From Candidatus Saccharimonadota bacterium (lineage in GTDB: Archaea; Micrarchaeota; Micrarchaeia; Micrarchaeales; Micrarchaeaceae): a stretch of DNA of 32,000 nt. Below the pieces are notes generated by a model. That model was not told where the DNA came from and did no database searches. It saw nothing but the letters and a program-made list of their open reading frames with translations. Below, in pieces: positions 30,861 through 32,000 of this stretch (positions within the stretch are counted from its first letter, which is position 1; every line of letters begins with the position of its first letter). The position numbers were made by a program, and so were the translations under genes. The stretch covers positions 510,001 through 542,000 of the forward strand of contig OY970071.1 in assembly GCA_963705375.1 (NCBI GenBank), written 5' to 3'.

Positions 30861-32000
30861 TTATTCAGTGTCGTGCCTTACTAACTTGACCACGCCTGAT
30901 CGCGGCCGGAAGATGTCGCCGCTGCGCTCGAGCTCGTTTATGTACTTGTTCGTGGTCGTCTCATCGATGCCATCCTTGATGGCTTCCTCTACGACGCGGG
31001 GTATGCGCGCCATGCCTTCTTCTGCCTCGAGCTTGCTTATCACAGCAAGCACCGTGTTCATCTTATCGACCTTCTCCCTTGGCATGCCGGTGAGCAGTAT
31101 GTCAACGTCACGGCGCCCTCCGCGGTCTATCGCAAGGGTCTTGAGCATGAACTCACTGAGCTTGATCGCTTTCTCGGCATCCGAGACTTCCACCATATGT
31201 GAGAGACGGGTCTTTGCACTGGCTTCCGACATGCGCACAAGGCCCTCTATTTGCCTGGGGGTTATAGGCACAGTGCCCATCCTAGAACCGATCTTCCTTA
31301 GCTCTATATAGTAGTCCTGTATTTTGCTTGCTGCCTCGTCACCAAGCCTCGGCAGTATGTTTTTCTTGGCGTATGCGATGTACTTCCTGAGAAGCTCTGT
31401 GCCTATAGGTGGCCTTTCCACTTGAGCATATTCCTTGACAGATGCGAGCTGCGCGCCCGCAGCGGTGTGCTGTGTAAGTATGTGCCTTGCTATGTTTCTG
31501 TCAAGTTCGTCGTCAAGGATGTCCTTTATCGGGAATATCAGGTCGAATCTGCTGAGCAGCGTAGGGGGTATGTCAAACTGTTCTGCAGGATATATGTTGG
31601 GGTCGAACCTTCCATAGCGCGGGTTGGCAGCGGCAAGGACTGCGGTCTTCGCCAGGAACCTCGCAACTATGCCTGCTTTCGCTATGCTTATCGACTGCGA
31701 CTCCAGAGCTTCGTGCAAGGAGCTTCTGTCTTCGGAATCAATCTTGTCGAATTCGTCTATGCAGCATATACCGCCACTAGCCAGCACCAAGGCACCTGCC
31801 CTGAGGGTCCACCCATACTCTGCAAACTCGTCCCTTTCTGCGACTGCAGTCATGCCTCCGCCTGTGACGGATTTGCCACTGACGTATATTCCTTTAGGGA
31901 CTAAGCTGGAGACAGTCTGCAGTATCCTTGTCTTTGCGCTGCCAGGATCGCCTATGAGCAGGATGTGCATGTCGCCTCTTATGACACCGCCATCAACGAG
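30861..32000 (-). CDS. mcm: minichromosome maintenance (MCM) replicative helicase, C-terminal part (partial; the N-terminus lies beyond the window)
   Basis: Walker A is LLIGDPGSAKT, Walker B is CCIDEFDK, the arginine finger region is SRFDLIF, and there is a C-terminal winged-helix-like tail. The reading frame stays open to position 32000 (...LVDGGVIRGDMHILL). Confidence 0.9.
   Translation of the reverse strand, partial: LVDGGVIRGDMHILLIGDPGSAKTRILQTVSSLVPKGIYVSGKSVTGGGMTAVAERDEFAEYGWTLRAGALVLASGGICCIDEFDKIDSEDRSSLHEALESQSISIAKAGIVARFLAKTAVLAAANPRYGRFDPNIYPAEQFDIPPTLLSRFDLIFPIKDILDDELDRNIARHILTQHTAAGAQLASVKEYAQVERPPIGTELLRKYIAYAKKNILPRLGDEAASKIQDYYIELRKIGSRMGTVPITPRQIEGLVRMSEASAKTRLSHMVEVSDAEKAIKLSEFMLKTLAIDRGGRRDVDILLTGMPREKVDKMNTVLAVISKLEAEEGMARIPRVVEEAIKDGIDETTTNKYINELERSGDIFRPRSGVVKLVRHDTE

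Noticed and set aside
1-32000. I looked for CRISPR arrays, rRNA genes, transposase/IS elements, inteins in mcm, rad50 and ftsZ, and C/D-box sRNA signatures.
   Set aside because: - I saw no regularly spaced short repeats and no rRNA-like sequence.
- I saw no DDE/HUH or recombinase motifs.
- The visible MCM, Rad50 and FtsZ motifs are contiguous, with no intein-sized insertions.
- The single TGATGA (13242-13247, inside the cassette right arm) lacks a matching CTGA D-box arrangement.

Overview
This is an archaeal chromosomal window. Its features fit a small-genome, DPANN/Micrarchaeota-like lineage, but that placement is an inference. It is about 50-53% GC and gene-dense, with many overlapping start/stop codons and leaderless-type promoters (a TATA-like box about 27-30 nt before the ATG).

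Core content, left to right:
- A DUF373 membrane protein.
- A ribosomal-protein operon: rnp1 (Rpp29)-S17-L14-L24-S4e-L5-S14-S8-L6-L32e-L19e-L18-S5.
- That operon runs directly into csl4-rpoL-DUF99-DUF192.
- An SRP (7S) RNA gene, followed by an intron-containing type-II tRNA (best read as tRNA-Ser GCU).
- A J-domain protein, GGPP synthase, a presenilin-like protease, and a secreted S16/Lon-like protease.
- A Zn-ribbon protein overlapping aEF-1beta, then Rad50, FtsZ, L10e and Dph2.
- Two tandem class-III-signal pilin genes, glutamate dehydrogenase, and a partial MCM gene.

The most interesting region is a lower-GC island (about 11.8-16.7 kb) directly behind the tRNA.
- The last 12 nt of the tRNA plus 8-9 nt of downstream sequence occur three times as direct repeats. 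These repeats delimit two tandem cassettes with no integrase.
- One cassette carries a 340-aa orphan protein; the other carries a RelE/antitoxin pair. The two cassettes share both arm sequences.
- Next comes a translationally coupled pair made of a 459-aa orphan and a DUF917 protein.

Other points worth a second look:
- A predicted BHB intron in the D-loop of the tRNA.
- A tandem pair of orphan paralogues, duplicated together with their promoters, just upstream of the ribosomal operon.
- Tandem pilin paralogues whose stop codons sit inside terminator hairpins.

No CRISPR array, rRNA gene or transposase was seen.
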